Source of the DNA: a virus | Reading direction: 5' to 3' (one strand) | Virus record (IMG/VR): IMGVR_UViG_3300045993_000562 | Span: 12,148 to 76,147 of that record | DNA length: 64,000 bases | Part shown: positions 47,097-57,476 of the stretch, piece after piece | Layout of the letters: each line of letters opens with the position of its first letter | Position numbering within the stretch: position 1 is the stretch's first letter | Made by a program: the position numbers and the translations under genes | The notes under the pieces: model-generated | Database searches by the model: none | What the model saw: only the letters and a program-made list of their open reading frames with translations | What the model was told of the DNA's origin: nothing

Positions 47097-47960
47097 TTAC
47101 ACTGAATACTTCTTAGCTGAATCAGACACTACGCCTTCTGTAGTAACTGAAATGTTAGCAGCAGGAGTTGACTGAGGCGCAATCAACACAGGGATTATAT
47201 CCCCACGTGCACGCTTGTCCATGATGCCCTTATGGAAGATGTCCAGCATCTCCTTACGATCACCGTTAACACCCTTAAAGATCTCATAAACGAAATCCTT
47301 ATACTCAGCTGGTACGTCACGTTGTTTAGGCTCATTGTAGTACTCGATAGCGTACGACTCTACTTGTTTGTACTTAGCGTTAGTTTTAGTGCTAACACCA
47401 TACTTACGAGAATACAACTGAGTACCTGAATCCTTGATTTTACCAAACCACTCTTTACCGATGGCGTAGTTAGTCTTAGAGAACGAAATTTTGAATACGT
47501 CACTCAAGTCCGCTTTGATGACCATGAATTCATAGGTGATACCACATTCCGAACGTTTAGTTTCTTCACTCCACTGAGAGTGAGGACATACCTTACAATC
47601 GTTACCGATGTAACCTACTTTTGCGTCTGGGCTGGAGCAAATCAACTTTGCTTCGTTTTGGTCAGGCGACCAGAACTGACGACCATTCCAAACACCTAGA
47701 GGGATAACATCCAGCGGTTGAGCTACTACCGAATCTCCCAAGATAAGACTACCGATAGATGCGCCTTTTGGTAGCTTAGTACGATCTGTTGTTGCTTGCA
47801 CCAACTTGACATTAGTTGGCCTCCAACGAGCACGTTCTGGATCATCACCCAAACCCTCAATGACTGATGTCATCTTAGTAACCAATGCCAATGCATTAGC
47901 TTGTACTTCACGAGGTAAGGCTGCTGCCAGTTTTTCTAATTTTTCTACGTCTGCTGTCAT
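47097..47960 (-). CDS. Hypothetical protein, possibly ssDNA-binding
   Basis: CSSPD...C..CP..W...C pattern; position in replication cluster. Confidence 0.45.
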   Translation of the reverse strand: MTADVEKLEKLAAALPREVQANALALVTKMTSVIEGLGDDPERARWRPTNVKLVQATTDRTKLPKGASIGSLILGDSVVAQPLDVIPLGVWNGRQFWSPDQNEAKLICSSPDAKVGYIGNDCKVCPHSQWSEETKRSECGITYEFMVIKADLSDVFKISFSKTNYAIGKEWFGKIKDSGTQLYSRKYGVSTKTNAKYKQVESYAIEYYNEPKQRDVPAEYKDFVYEIFKGVNGDRKEMLDIFHKGIMDKRARGDIIPVLIAPQSTPAANISVTTEGVVSDSAKKYSV

Positions 47961-48165
47961 TTTGATATTTCTCTTTTTATAGTTATAGTTTTGTGTAAGA
48001 TCCACTTTCGACAATCTCCCGAAGTTCACTTAAAGTCAAACCCCAGTTGTCGTAGATCCTTTGTGATACATTGCCAGAATTGTACTCTTTCAAATCCTCA
48101 TCTGTCAAGGTAATAGTACCGTTTTTTTCAAGCATGATACTCTTCCCAATTTGTTATACCAAAGA

Positions 48166-48447
48166 CTAGGAGTTTAATGAACCTAGATACTCTGGAATTT
48201 CCACCTTAGAGAACCTAATATTGTTACTCATAGGGTCCTCCAGCATAGGAGTAGCTATGTTACCCACTACGTCCTTCAGCATGACTTCCTTGTCCTTATC
48301 GACTCTCAATACGGACAATATAACTATAGCATCTTTTAACACTCTGATGCTAGTAGTTTCGCTAATGCCGCTGTCAGAGCCTAGCTCAGTTATTACTAAG
48401 TCCAGCTCAGTAGACACTAATTCTGTTATTCTATGACGGATACTCAA
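48166..48447 (-). CDS. Hypothetical protein
   Basis: 93 aa, coupled to upstream ORF. Confidence 0.55.
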   Translation of the reverse strand: MSIRHRITELVSTELDLVITELGSDSGISETTSIRVLKDAIVILSVLRVDKDKEVMLKDVVGNIATPMLEDPMSNNIRFSKVEIPEYLGSLNS

Positions 48448-48644
48448 ATTCCACCTCCACCAGGGTTTACTTCAATAACCAAACGGTTACTATTAATGTA
48501 CCCACCACGTTTAGGGTGTTGCCCCATAATGGCTACACGGAGGTTATCTATAACATTTAAGTCATCCTTACTGCCATTACTAGACTCGAACGCAAAAGCC
48601 AACACTCCACTCTTTTCGTCCTCTTGCATTTCCACTTTTACCAT
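48444..48644 (-). CDS. Hypothetical protein
   Basis: 66 aa. Confidence 0.55.
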   Translation of the reverse strand: MVKVEMQEDEKSGVLAFAFESSNGSKDDLNVIDNLRVAIMGQHPKRGGYINSNRLVIEVNPGGGGI

Positions 48645-48646
48645 AA

Positions 48647-48889
48647 TTATATTCCCATAGGACGTACATTGAGTCCTTTTTCCGCTAGAACAGCACCTAT
48701 GTCGTCTATATGTAAACAGTCACACATACAGGCATAGTCATTTAAAGGTTGGACCATTGCTATGTTACCATTAATGAACTCGTTACCTTGTACTGCGCTG
48801 TGTAGTACACCAAAGGAGACGATAATACCCCCCTCTAGTCTTACTACCTTATCCCCATTTTTTGCTATCCTACCATTGCGATAATGCAT
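48647..48889 (-). CDS. Small protein, paralog 1 (MHYRN...ACMCDCLH)
   Basis: Clear similarity to the adjacent ORF. Confidence 0.75.
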   Translation of the reverse strand: MHYRNGRIAKNGDKVVRLEGGIIVSFGVLHSAVQGNEFINGNIAMVQPLNDYACMCDCLHIDDIGAVLAEKGLNVRPMGI

Positions 48890-48923
48890 TTTTTAGTTAC
48901 CTCGTTAGTTTTATTTAGTTTTA

Positions 48924-49172
48924 TTATTTTGATGCTGGACGTTTGTCTAGCCCTTTTTCCTTAAGCATCGCTGAAATATCATCCATATGAAGGCAGTCGC
49001 ACATACAGGCTTCACTAAAAGACTTTGCCCTATCATCGGCTATAATACCATTACAATAGTCATTACCGGGGACTGCCCGCATTAGTACCCCAATGTGAGT
49101 GATCTGTCCTTTATCATTAAGTTGAACTATTTCGTCGCCGTTCTTTGCTTCTCTCAAATTTCTGTAATGCAT
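48924..49172 (-). CDS. Small protein, paralog 2 (MHYRN...ACMCDCLH)
   Basis: Clear similarity to the adjacent ORF. Confidence 0.75.
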   Translation of the reverse strand: MHYRNLREAKNGDEIVQLNDKGQITHIGVLMRAVPGNDYCNGIIADDRAKSFSEACMCDCLHMDDISAMLKEKGLDKRPASK

Positions 49173-49175
49173 GAT

Positions 49176-49742
49176 TTACATTTCCTCTTTAGTTATATAC
49201 ATCTCTGTAATTACGCTATCCACGTTCTCCTGCAACGCTCTAGCTAAATAGAAGTTAGAGAACCTCTTATCTTCAGTGACTTCCAATTTAGAAAATACTG
49301 GAGGTTTGAAATTGAGATAATCTTCTTCAGACTTAAACTCCACTTCCCCTACGATCAACCCTGAATGCCTACCGGAGAATACATCCACCTCTAGTAGGTG
49401 CCCCGCTTCTCCCAGGTTAAGATAGTACCTATCCTTAGATATAGTATAGCGACATGAGTTAATGAGATCCTCAGCATCCGAGAAGGGTATCTCGTATTCA
49501 TACTCAGGAACCCCAATTGATCCCTCTACTCTACTAAGTTTTATGGTTAAGTATCCGAATTTTGATGAGGAGACTGAACGTTGGGCCGAATCCATATAAG
49601 TAGTAGTGCAAAGTCTGACTCTAACTACGCTACCTAAAGACTCACTAAGGTACCCTTGGTTAATCTTCTGTGCCATTATGTAAGGCCTATCATTCATAAA
49701 CCCTTGGGGCAGTATGAACTTACGTTCCATCTCTATAGGCAT
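49176..49742 (-). CDS. CYTH-domain protein (triphosphate tunnel metalloenzyme)
   Basis: EMERKF, QGYL, RVR, EYEYEI, EVDVF.G...GL..GEVE. Confidence 0.88.
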   Translation of the reverse strand: MPIEMERKFILPQGFMNDRPYIMAQKINQGYLSESLGSVVRVRLCTTTYMDSAQRSVSSSKFGYLTIKLSRVEGSIGVPEYEYEIPFSDAEDLINSCRYTISKDRYYLNLGEAGHLLEVDVFSGRHSGLIVGEVEFKSEEDYLNFKPPVFSKLEVTEDKRFSNFYLARALQENVDSVITEMYITKEEM

Positions 49743-50329
49743 CCAGAAGCCTCCTCTACTATCTTGCCTACAATCATGTCCTCAGTCTCACTATCGTACT
49801 GCCCGTACGAGTAATAAAACGGAAACGATCCTGGCCAGTGTTCAATCTCCTCTGTAACAGACGCTATACGCTTAGACACATAGTCCAATAAGTTTGGCGT
49901 TATTGTTACTCCTAAAATATCCCTGGCTAGAATCCTACGAACCAACGTCTCTAGCTCACCACCAATGTACACAGGGATTAGACGAATGTCGTTGTCCTTG
50001 CAGTACTGACTGATCTGTTTAAGCCCATTAGGCTCTACTACAATTACTGGTGTTGCGTTGCTACTGTGGATGCCATCCACTTCTTCCGTGGATAACCCAT
50101 AATAGCAGTTGTTAAACGAAACATGCTCTACGAACTTCCACTCTTTGAGCATTTGTTTGAACTCCTGCTCAGAGACGAAATAGTAGCTCTCTCCATCTGC
50201 CTCACCATGTCTAGGCTTACGAGTAGTGTGGCTTACTACGTTTTTGAACCCGTGTTCGTTAACCAATCTATTAGCCAGAGTTGATTTACCGCTTCCACTA
50301 GGTCCAGTTATTGTTACAATCGTTTTCAT
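49733..50329 (-). CDS. gmk: Guanylate kinase
   Basis: GPSGSGKST, SHTTRKPR.GE.DG..YYFV. Confidence 0.85.
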   Translation of the reverse strand: MKTIVTITGPSGSGKSTLANRLVNEHGFKNVVSHTTRKPRHGEADGESYYFVSEQEFKQMLKEWKFVEHVSFNNCYYGLSTEEVDGIHSSNATPVIVVEPNGLKQISQYCKDNDIRLIPVYIGGELETLVRRILARDILGVTITPNLLDYVSKRIASVTEEIEHWPGSFPFYYSYGQYDSETEDMIVGKIVEEASGCL

Positions 50330-50364
50330 TAAAACCTCTATTACATTGAAGAAATGAGAGTGTA

Positions 50365-51123
50365 CTACGTTCTACGTGATTGGTCAACTAGTTCACGCCA
50401 CCTAGTCCAAAGTAACATAGCGTAGTCTCGATGAGAACAGGTACCTCGGTAATAACCTAAAGCCCACCCATCATTAACCTCTACTAAAGCCGTCTTACCG
50501 TTATCAAGGACTCCGAAGTCCAAGGAGTATCCCGACGGACAGGCTACGTCACTGGAAATTCCCAACGTCCTAATGGCGGAGGTTACTACTCCTATATCAG
50601 GCGTAGGTCCATCGTCAGGGCCATCATCATACCTACCATATCCAACTATCTTGCCGTTTAGTACGTAGTACCTAACTTCCGTAGTGAACTTAACAGGGTC
50701 AGAGATCCAAACTGGATAACCTTCATTAGGAGTAGATATACATACTGAACCACGTATCCCAGTACCATACAACTCACGCTTCAAGCACCCAGTAAACCCC
50801 TTTACGTCAAACCTAGGCTTAACGAACTGGTTAAGCTTAGCATCCCTCAGAGTGCCTGGGCCCAGTGCACGATGTAGAAAGGTATCATTGCGTAGTAACG
50901 AAGGGTATGACATGGAGGTGGGTAGGTTTACTCCACATATCTCAGCCCACCTTTTAACAAACTCCACGGTGCCAACTGGGCAGTATTTTGCCACTGGGCT
51001 TAGTGACCCCAATCCTTCCAGTGTAGCCATTTGAACTTCTACGTCGTCCATTATCATTGCTGCTGAACGGACGGCTCTCTTTTCCATTAGAGAAACTTCG
51101 TCAGATTGAATTAGGAACTTCAA
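50365..51123 (-). CDS. ATP-grasp domain protein (DUF4343/R2K-like)
   Basis: PVGTVEF, FVKP, EVRYYV, LDFGV, LVEVNDGWALG.Y. Confidence 0.75.
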   Translation of the reverse strand: MKFLIQSDEVSLMEKRAVRSAAMIMDDVEVQMATLEGLGSLSPVAKYCPVGTVEFVKRWAEICGVNLPTSMSYPSLLRNDTFLHRALGPGTLRDAKLNQFVKPRFDVKGFTGCLKRELYGTGIRGSVCISTPNEGYPVWISDPVKFTTEVRYYVLNGKIVGYGRYDDGPDDGPTPDIGVVTSAIRTLGISSDVACPSGYSLDFGVLDNGKTALVEVNDGWALGYYRGTCSHRDYAMLLWTRWRELVDQSRRT

Positions 51124-51177
51124 GTAACCTCCTGTTTTCAGTTGTAATTTAAAAAATCCTATGATAGAATCAGCTTC

Positions 51178-51984
51178 ATGACAAATTCTCTCTCGCACTA
51201 CTATGAACAAATCTGCAAGGCCCCTATGCTTAAACGTGAGGAGGAGTATGATCTATTCCTAGAACTCCAGGACGCTGGGGTCCCTGAGTCACAGAAGGTT
51301 AAGATAAGGGAGAGGATAATCAAGGCAAACCTTAGATTTGTGTTTAAACGTGCTAAATACTTCTCCAAGAACGAACCAGACTTGTTCAAAGAGCTGATAG
51401 CAGCAGGGAACGAAGGATTATTAGTAGGGCTTCACAAGTATATACCTTCAATGCAAGTAAAGTTCCTATCCTACGCCGGTTGCTGGGTTGATCAGAGGAT
51501 AAAAAGTCATATGTCACATATGAGAATAGTTTCACTACCTATATGGAAACAGCAGTTAGCCGCTAGAATTCAGAAGTTTACAAATACCTTAGATCATGAA
51601 CCCACCATACCTGAGCTAAAAGAAGAATTTCCAGAAGTCCCAGTAAAACATTTAGAAGATCTACATAAAACAAAGTACCTTACGTTCTATCTTGAAGACA
51701 TGAACAGTGAGGACCCCTCTTTTCAAATCGACCCCATCGGAACTGAGGTGGAGTCGAGACTTGATAAAGAGAGGTTATATGCCATTATACAAGAGCTACC
51801 ATCTCCACAGCGTGAAGTTATAGAGCTCTACTACGGATTGTCTGTAAACTCTGACGATGAGATGAGTAATGCTGATATTGCCGAGAAACTCCGCTTATCA
51901 AAAGAACAGGTCCGCCAATACAGGAAAGAGGGGTTGGCTGCCCTTAAGACACGATTAACTCCAGCTCTATCTAGCAACTCTTAG
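51178..51984 (+). CDS. Sigma70-family RNA polymerase sigma factor
   Basis: Region 1.2 YYEQI...L..EEE; region 2 ANLRFV...ELIAAGNEGL, KFLSYA; region 4 HTH; upstream TTGTAA-N17-TAGAAT-N7-ATG. Confidence 0.9.
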   Translation: MTNSLSHYYEQICKAPMLKREEEYDLFLELQDAGVPESQKVKIRERIIKANLRFVFKRAKYFSKNEPDLFKELIAAGNEGLLVGLHKYIPSMQVKFLSYAGCWVDQRIKSHMSHMRIVSLPIWKQQLAARIQKFTNTLDHEPTIPELKEEFPEVPVKHLEDLHKTKYLTFYLEDMNSEDPSFQIDPIGTEVESRLDKERLYAIIQELPSPQREVIELYYGLSVNSDDEMSNADIAEKLRLSKEQVRQYRKEGLAALKTRLTPALSSNS

Positions 51985-52030
51985 TTCTTGTAATAACGCC
52001 AAGAACCCCAATTCCAAGACGGAGCTTTTT

Positions 52031-52765
52031 TCACTTGTTTTGTTTTCCTTTGATTCCTACAGGTTTAACTACTGTAGGCACTTGAGCCAATGCTTCGGCC
52101 CTTCGTGCCTCTTCCATTTGCAGCTTAGTACGCCTTACTCTCTTCTGCTTCTCTACTACTACAACTGGTGGTGCACTGGTTGCAACGACGGGTACCGATT
52201 TCTCCCGTACATCACTTGAGTTTTTGGTTTTCCCATTGTTAATAGGCCGCTGAACTCCTGTAGCAGGGAGGACTCCGTCTGTACCCTTAACATTGGACTT
52301 ACCGGAGTTTTGTGGTAAGTTATTACTCCCTCGTCCCGGTTCTGATAGTCTGTTCTCAATCCTGATTGACACATCAGTACTTCCACTTCTTCCATTTCCA
52401 GGTGGTTCGGAGGTGATAGGGATACTATCTCGTCCAGGTCCTTTGATATTGTTGTCATTATTATTCGTTCCCAAGTTCAAGTTTGTTTTGATGACCTTTT
52501 CAGATCTTCCGCGTTTCTTAGGTAGCACTTCTATTTTCAGGTTTCCAAGTATGAATGAGTACACCTCCGCTATTACTTCATCTGCAACCGGTTTGGAAAT
52601 ATCTAAAAGGTCAGATACATCTGAAGACCTACACCACATAGGATATGCTACGTACTTTAAAAATCTCCCTTTACCCTCTTTAACAGAGAGAAAGTAGTAC
52701 TCCTCGTGGCCTACCTTACAACCTAAATACTTGGGTTCGCTATTTGCTATACTTACTATGCTCAT
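52031..52765 (-). CDS. Hypothetical protein with disordered basic C-terminus
   Basis: 244 aa; promoter motif at 52809. Confidence 0.55.
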   Translation of the reverse strand: MSIVSIANSEPKYLGCKVGHEEYYFLSVKEGKGRFLKYVAYPMWCRSSDVSDLLDISKPVADEVIAEVYSFILGNLKIEVLPKKRGRSEKVIKTNLNLGTNNNDNNIKGPGRDSIPITSEPPGNGRSGSTDVSIRIENRLSEPGRGSNNLPQNSGKSNVKGTDGVLPATGVQRPINNGKTKNSSDVREKSVPVVATSAPPVVVVEKQKRVRRTKLQMEEARRAEALAQVPTVVKPVGIKGKQNK

Positions 52766-52839
52766 AGTGTTTTCCAGGTTGGATTAATGTTACTTCTGTT
52801 ACATTGTTCTTATACCATGATTAAGTGGCGGAATTGAAA

Positions 52840-53082
52840 TCAGACTTCCTCCTCGTTAAACATATCTACTGATACGTCGTAACCATTTAATGGAACGAGT
52901 TTAAGCCTATGAGTGGAGTATATGACTTTTTGATCAATATCCTCGAATACCCCATTAAACCTAGGGAATTCCTTAGGTATATATCCCTTGGATATTAACT
53001 CAGCTATCAATTCATATTCTTTGACACGGCCACTGGAGTAACACTTAATTCGTTCTTTAAACTTAAAAGTATACTTAAACAT
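52840..53082 (-). CDS. Hypothetical protein
   Basis: 80 aa. Confidence 0.55.
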   Translation of the reverse strand: MFKYTFKFKERIKCYSSGRVKEYELIAELISKGYIPKEFPRFNGVFEDIDQKVIYSTHRLKLVPLNGYDVSVDMFNEEEV

Positions 53083-53088
53083 ATGTCC

Positions 53089-53640
53089 TCATGAAATATG
53101 TAGGAAACTCAAGTGATCTATATTCTTATCAGCCGTATACGAGAACACTGGATTCATATACATCTGCAACGGTCCACACAATGCCACCCTTACATCAGAC
53201 TCAGCCAGCATCTCCATAGTCTTAGGGAAACCCTCGGCCCAAGCGTGGGCCTGCTCCCTATTATCAAACGCCCTTTTCTCAAGGTAGATCTCTTTAATGC
53301 CAGACTGAATGATGCCCCTTGCACACTCCATACAGGGAACTAGCCCAGTCACGAATATACGTGAGCCCATTAGACTGGTGCCTGAACGGCAAGCATTGAA
53401 GATGGCGTTACGCTCTGCATGTTCCATCCACAGGTACTTCTCAGGACGTTCCATGCGCTCTGGTACGTTATCATTGACACCCCTAGGCATGCCGTTGTAT
53501 CCCCAGGACAGTGGAGAACCATCCATAGAAGTCACTAATGCTCCTACTTTAGTAGAGGTGTCCTTACTAAATTGTTCAGCAATGGACTTGGCTACCTCCA
53601 TGAATTTCATGGCTTTTTTATTGCTTAACATTTTCCTCAC
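53089..53640 (-). CDS. dCMP deaminase
   Basis: KVGA, GYNG, HAERNA, PCMEC. Confidence 0.9.
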   Translation of the reverse strand: MRKMLSNKKAMKFMEVAKSIAEQFSKDTSTKVGALVTSMDGSPLSWGYNGMPRGVNDNVPERMERPEKYLWMEHAERNAIFNACRSGTSLMGSRIFVTGLVPCMECARGIIQSGIKEIYLEKRAFDNREQAHAWAEGFPKTMEMLAESDVRVALCGPLQMYMNPVFSYTADKNIDHLSFLHIS

Positions 53641-53923
53641 CTCCTGAGCTAGGCCTCGGTGCTACAGCTTGGTCAATAAGACCATTATAGTCTATAAGAC
53701 CCATAGGGTGAACTAGATACAGTTGTCCTATAGGTATACTCATGTTATCAGGTACCTCCTTGAATAGGTTAGTACCATCTAAACATGCCCCATCTACTAT
53801 TAAGGCACCATCCATATGATCAATACCTAGCCTATAATTACCTACCTGAGCTTCACCAGTAGGACCTTGTTTCTTTTGAGGCTCATCTTCTTTTACGCCG
53901 TGCTGATTGAAAAATATACCCAT
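53618..53923 (-). CDS. Hypothetical protein
   Basis: 101 aa. Confidence 0.55.
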   Translation of the reverse strand: MGIFFNQHGVKEDEPQKKQGPTGEAQVGNYRLGIDHMDGALIVDGACLDGTNLFKEVPDNMSIPIGQLYLVHPMGLIDYNGLIDQAVAPRPSSGGEENVKQ

Positions 53924-53926
53924 TCA

Positions 53927-55546
53927 TTACCTCCAAATTATTGCGTTCTGTAGCCACTTAGGTAGTCTACCCGAGTTCCTAGATACGAACCTATTGAACC
54001 TGTTGTCCATAAGGAACGTTGCTCCGAAGTCATTCTCTGACCTATTGATACGACCTATCTGTTGCCCAAACACTATCAACGCCTGATAGTTATACCAGTT
54101 AAAATCGTTTTCCACCTTATCCCTAATGAACTCATCATTGGTGTTGGCATAGGGAACTCTTAGGATTATCTGGAACCTAGCCCTATCCTCTCTAAAATCC
54201 ACACCCTGCTGGCACACTGGTGAGATGAATACCCTGTTACCTTCTGACTCGTAGAACTCAGCCAGTCTATCCTGGAAGTTAGTCTTATCATGGCTCATAG
54301 CCCTGTTTTCAGGCAAGGCATTTAGTAACTGGTCAGCGGCTTCATATGACGGAGCATGAATAAGCCCTTTAACATCAGAGAAGATTTCCATGATACTCTC
54401 TATCTTCTCAATGATGTCACGGAAGTTCTCGTTCCACCCTACAAAAGACGTATCAGCTTGGTACTTCTCCTTCATGTAGATAGGTCTGTTTCCTACGGGA
54501 AACGTAGAGGGTATACGGATGAAGTAAGCCTCAGCGGGGTTTATCCCTAGATTCCTACAGAACAGATCCTTATCGTATATAGTCCCAGACATGAGGACTA
54601 CTCTATCCCCGAATGCGAACAGGTTGTTCATAGCTGCATTACCTAGCTTATGCGGTATAAACTCAAACGTCGGAGTAGTAGAACCCCCCAGTACGTTGTG
54701 TTTAACAGTGAACTTATCTTCTAGGAACTCAGAGTATAGACGCAGGGACTGAACCTGATCAGTATACACATCCAAGTCAGTTCGATATTCTGGGTTAGCC
54801 AGTTTAGCCCTGGACTGAGCGTTAGATACTACAGGAGCACACTTAGTGTCTAAAAGGAAATCACACCATCCATCTAATCCATTAACCGTAGTAGGTAGGT
54901 CGGACTCTCGTAGCCTCCTGGCTACAGTAATCTTCTTTGTTATGAAGTCACACATAACGCCCTCTATTTCATGGGCCTCATCAATAACCATGATTGACCT
55001 CTTCTCAAATTTCTCTGCGAAGTTAGTCTGGTATATAAATGAGTGAAGATTATGGACAACGATGTTGTTATCTTGAGCAATCTCCATAGCCCTAACATAC
55101 GGGCAAACACCCATGTCCATAGCACATTGCGCTGCCACCCCACTACTTGTTCTACAAGGTGCATTACTACAGTTAGTCTCGTCAATGCCGGGTGATGGCA
55201 CACTTCCGTTTTCTACCTGACGTATCACAGTCTTATATCGGGCATTATTAGAATACTTAGTGCAGGGATATGAACCTCTGCCCTTCATTAGTACAACTTC
55301 ATCCGTGAAGTCATCGAAGTACTGATTCTGAAGGCTCTTCCTCGGAGTTATTAAATGGGCGTCCCCCATTGCTTTAGCTAAAGTCATAGCTATAGCAGAC
55401 TTACCACATCCAACAGGGGCCTCAAGTATTACAAACTTCTGCCCCGCTGAAAACACTTTGTCTATTTCATTCAGAACAGCAGTCTGCCCTGAACGTGGAG
55501 ACTCTAATGGAAAGTAATCCATCAGGTCTCTTCCGTTATATTTCAT
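53927..55546 (-). CDS. DinG/XPD-family SF2 helicase
   Basis: EAPVGCGKS, KGR..Y.C Fe-S cysteines, DEAH, MSGT, QGVDF, QQIGRINR. Confidence 0.88.
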   Translation of the reverse strand: MKYNGRDLMDYFPLESPRSGQTAVLNEIDKVFSAGQKFVILEAPVGCGKSAIAMTLAKAMGDAHLITPRKSLQNQYFDDFTDEVVLMKGRGSYPCTKYSNNARYKTVIRQVENGSVPSPGIDETNCSNAPCRTSSGVAAQCAMDMGVCPYVRAMEIAQDNNIVVHNLHSFIYQTNFAEKFEKRSIMVIDEAHEIEGVMCDFITKKITVARRLRESDLPTTVNGLDGWCDFLLDTKCAPVVSNAQSRAKLANPEYRTDLDVYTDQVQSLRLYSEFLEDKFTVKHNVLGGSTTPTFEFIPHKLGNAAMNNLFAFGDRVVLMSGTIYDKDLFCRNLGINPAEAYFIRIPSTFPVGNRPIYMKEKYQADTSFVGWNENFRDIIEKIESIMEIFSDVKGLIHAPSYEAADQLLNALPENRAMSHDKTNFQDRLAEFYESEGNRVFISPVCQQGVDFREDRARFQIILRVPYANTNDEFIRDKVENDFNWYNYQALIVFGQQIGRINRSENDFGATFLMDNRFNRFVSRNSGRLPKWLQNAIIWR

Positions 55547-55589
55547 CGTACTCTTTCCGGTCTGTTTCAACCTATTAAATTGTTTAAGT

Positions 55590-56174
55590 TTAAAGCACTG
55601 CCCTTAGAGACTGACCAGTGTGTTGGCACATAGTATCTACTAATGCCAGTATAGCACCTGCTACCGAAACTACATCTTCTTCTAACTCGGTCATCTCTTC
55701 TTCAAGTTCTGCCGCATTGTTCTTCAGCATAACTTGCATTATATTGCTATTGCCAGAATCTAAATCCTGCCAGATCATAGTAGATAGGTCGGTCACACTC
55801 TGTACTAAAGCGATGATGGTGAGAGTCTTATCGGCCCTGGCCATGACTGGTATACTATCACGAATCTCCATAACTTCAGAGTATAAAGGTGCATCCACCA
55901 TGAGTTTGTTGAGAATACAGAACAGGTACATTACTACCTCTTCTAGGTTCTCCTTGCAGCTCTCAAAAGTGATTTCAGGTACTTTCTTCTTACTTTTCAT
56001 CTTGGACTGGAAGGAGTGTGCATGAATGTCTGACAGTATGTCACTTCCTGCCAATATCATTGAGTTGATACAATACGCCAGTATCTCCTCGTTGTGCTCG
56101 AATCCCTCATCATCAAATTCAGCTGCCATCTGTGAAGTCAGGACTATATCGTTTGTTGAGTCATCTTGTGCCAT
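55590..56174 (-). CDS. Acidic hypothetical protein
   Basis: 194 aa. Confidence 0.6.
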   Translation of the reverse strand: MAQDDSTNDIVLTSQMAAEFDDEGFEHNEEILAYCINSMILAGSDILSDIHAHSFQSKMKSKKKVPEITFESCKENLEEVVMYLFCILNKLMVDAPLYSEVMEIRDSIPVMARADKTLTIIALVQSVTDLSTMIWQDLDSGNSNIMQVMLKNNAAELEEEMTELEEDVVSVAGAILALVDTMCQHTGQSLRAVL

Positions 56175-56934
56175 AATTAAATCCTATAACGTTTTGGAAG
56201 GGATTATGCGTGATAATATGTTCTAAGGTGGATAGAGAAGCCGGGTACCCAGGTATACTTATATGGGCATAGATTCCAGTCATTGTACCCTCATGCTCCT
56301 TGACGTGAGCTAGGCGCTCTACCAGATATGTACGTATTGATTCCAGTTTATATTCCCCCGACAGCTGAGGATAGCAGTGATTATAAGGTATCTTACTAGT
56401 CACAGAACATTCTGATCCTACTTCCATCCTGGAACACGATATCTCTATTTCATCTGATATGTAGTAGTGGAGAATACTGATACCAGCACCCTTCCTTCTA
56501 CTATCGAGCCTATCTATAACTACTAAGACTCCAAGTGTTCTGAGCATAAGCAGAGAGTACTTCACTATTTTCCTCTCGGCCTCAGGGATTTTGAAATGGG
56601 TAACTACTCCCCATAATAAGTCTATAGTAAGTAGGTAGTAAGAATGGACGAATAGACGCCCATATATACCATCTTCACTAACCTCTAGTCTAAGGGACGT
56701 AGACATGAATGGTATTCCTAGACGAAGGCAGAGGAGTAGGTCCTGTATAGGGCCGTAAGGCCTTAGTAGTGGCCTACGTCTAACACCCGTATTATCGTTA
56801 ACCCTCGCTGATATTTGTCTATTTATCTCCCTCATCCATTCAGGTCTACCGTTGGCGCCGCCTTGACCTGTAGGGCATTTAAACCTGATTTTTGTATACC
56901 CAGGATATAGCCGTTCTAATTCTTTGATTGACAC
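56161..56934 (-). CDS. Hypothetical protein
   Basis: 257 aa, AGGAGG RBS. Confidence 0.6.
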   Translation of the reverse strand: MSIKELERLYPGYTKIRFKCPTGQGGANGRPEWMREINRQISARVNDNTGVRRRPLLRPYGPIQDLLLCLRLGIPFMSTSLRLEVSEDGIYGRLFVHSYYLLTIDLLWGVVTHFKIPEAERKIVKYSLLMLRTLGVLVVIDRLDSRRKGAGISILHYYISDEIEISCSRMEVGSECSVTSKIPYNHCYPQLSGEYKLESIRTYLVERLAHVKEHEGTMTGIYAHISIPGYPASLSTLEHIITHNPFQNVIGFNYGTR

Positions 56935-56981
56935 GTGTACCTCCTGGAACTTAGGATAAGTGTTGTTGAAATTGGTTTAGT

Positions 56982-57317
56982 TTAAACGTGGTCTTCTGTC
57001 AGAAGCCAGTTTACGAAATCAGGGTTATGTTTGATTATTGCTAAGAGTGCTGCTGCCAACTGATGTACCTGTTGTTCTTTCATACCTAAATGAAGAGTCT
57101 CATCTGCTGCATGTATTAACTCATGTAAGACAGTGTCTTGATTATAGGATAGGGACTCTTTCTCCCTATACCACAATATCTGTTTGTCTAACTCCATTAA
57201 ACCATCGGCGTTTGGCTCATAGTCAGGACTCATCTTCTTGATTCTGAATTTTTTACCTAGGACGTCAATCCTATGTGGCGGATCTTGAAGTTGAGGGGTT
57301 TGAGTAGTATCAGACAT
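56982..57317 (-). CDS. Small HEXXH metallopeptidase-like phage protein
   Basis: DTVLHELIHA...E; leaderless TTTACT-N17-TAACAT-N6-ATG. Confidence 0.65.
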   Translation of the reverse strand: MSDTTQTPQLQDPPHRIDVLGKKFRIKKMSPDYEPNADGLMELDKQILWYREKESLSYNQDTVLHELIHAADETLHLGMKEQQVHQLAAALLAIIKHNPDFVNWLLTEDHV

Positions 57318-57476
57318 AGTGATATGTTAGCCTAAACAAAAGGGGAAGTAAACCCCTTTTGTCATTACTACTTTTCTGATGCACCATTAATCACGGATAT
57401 GACAAACCCGAAAATCATTACTGGCACTGCTATGACCACTACTACAGTTACTATCAGGCCTAGGATGAAGCTCATG

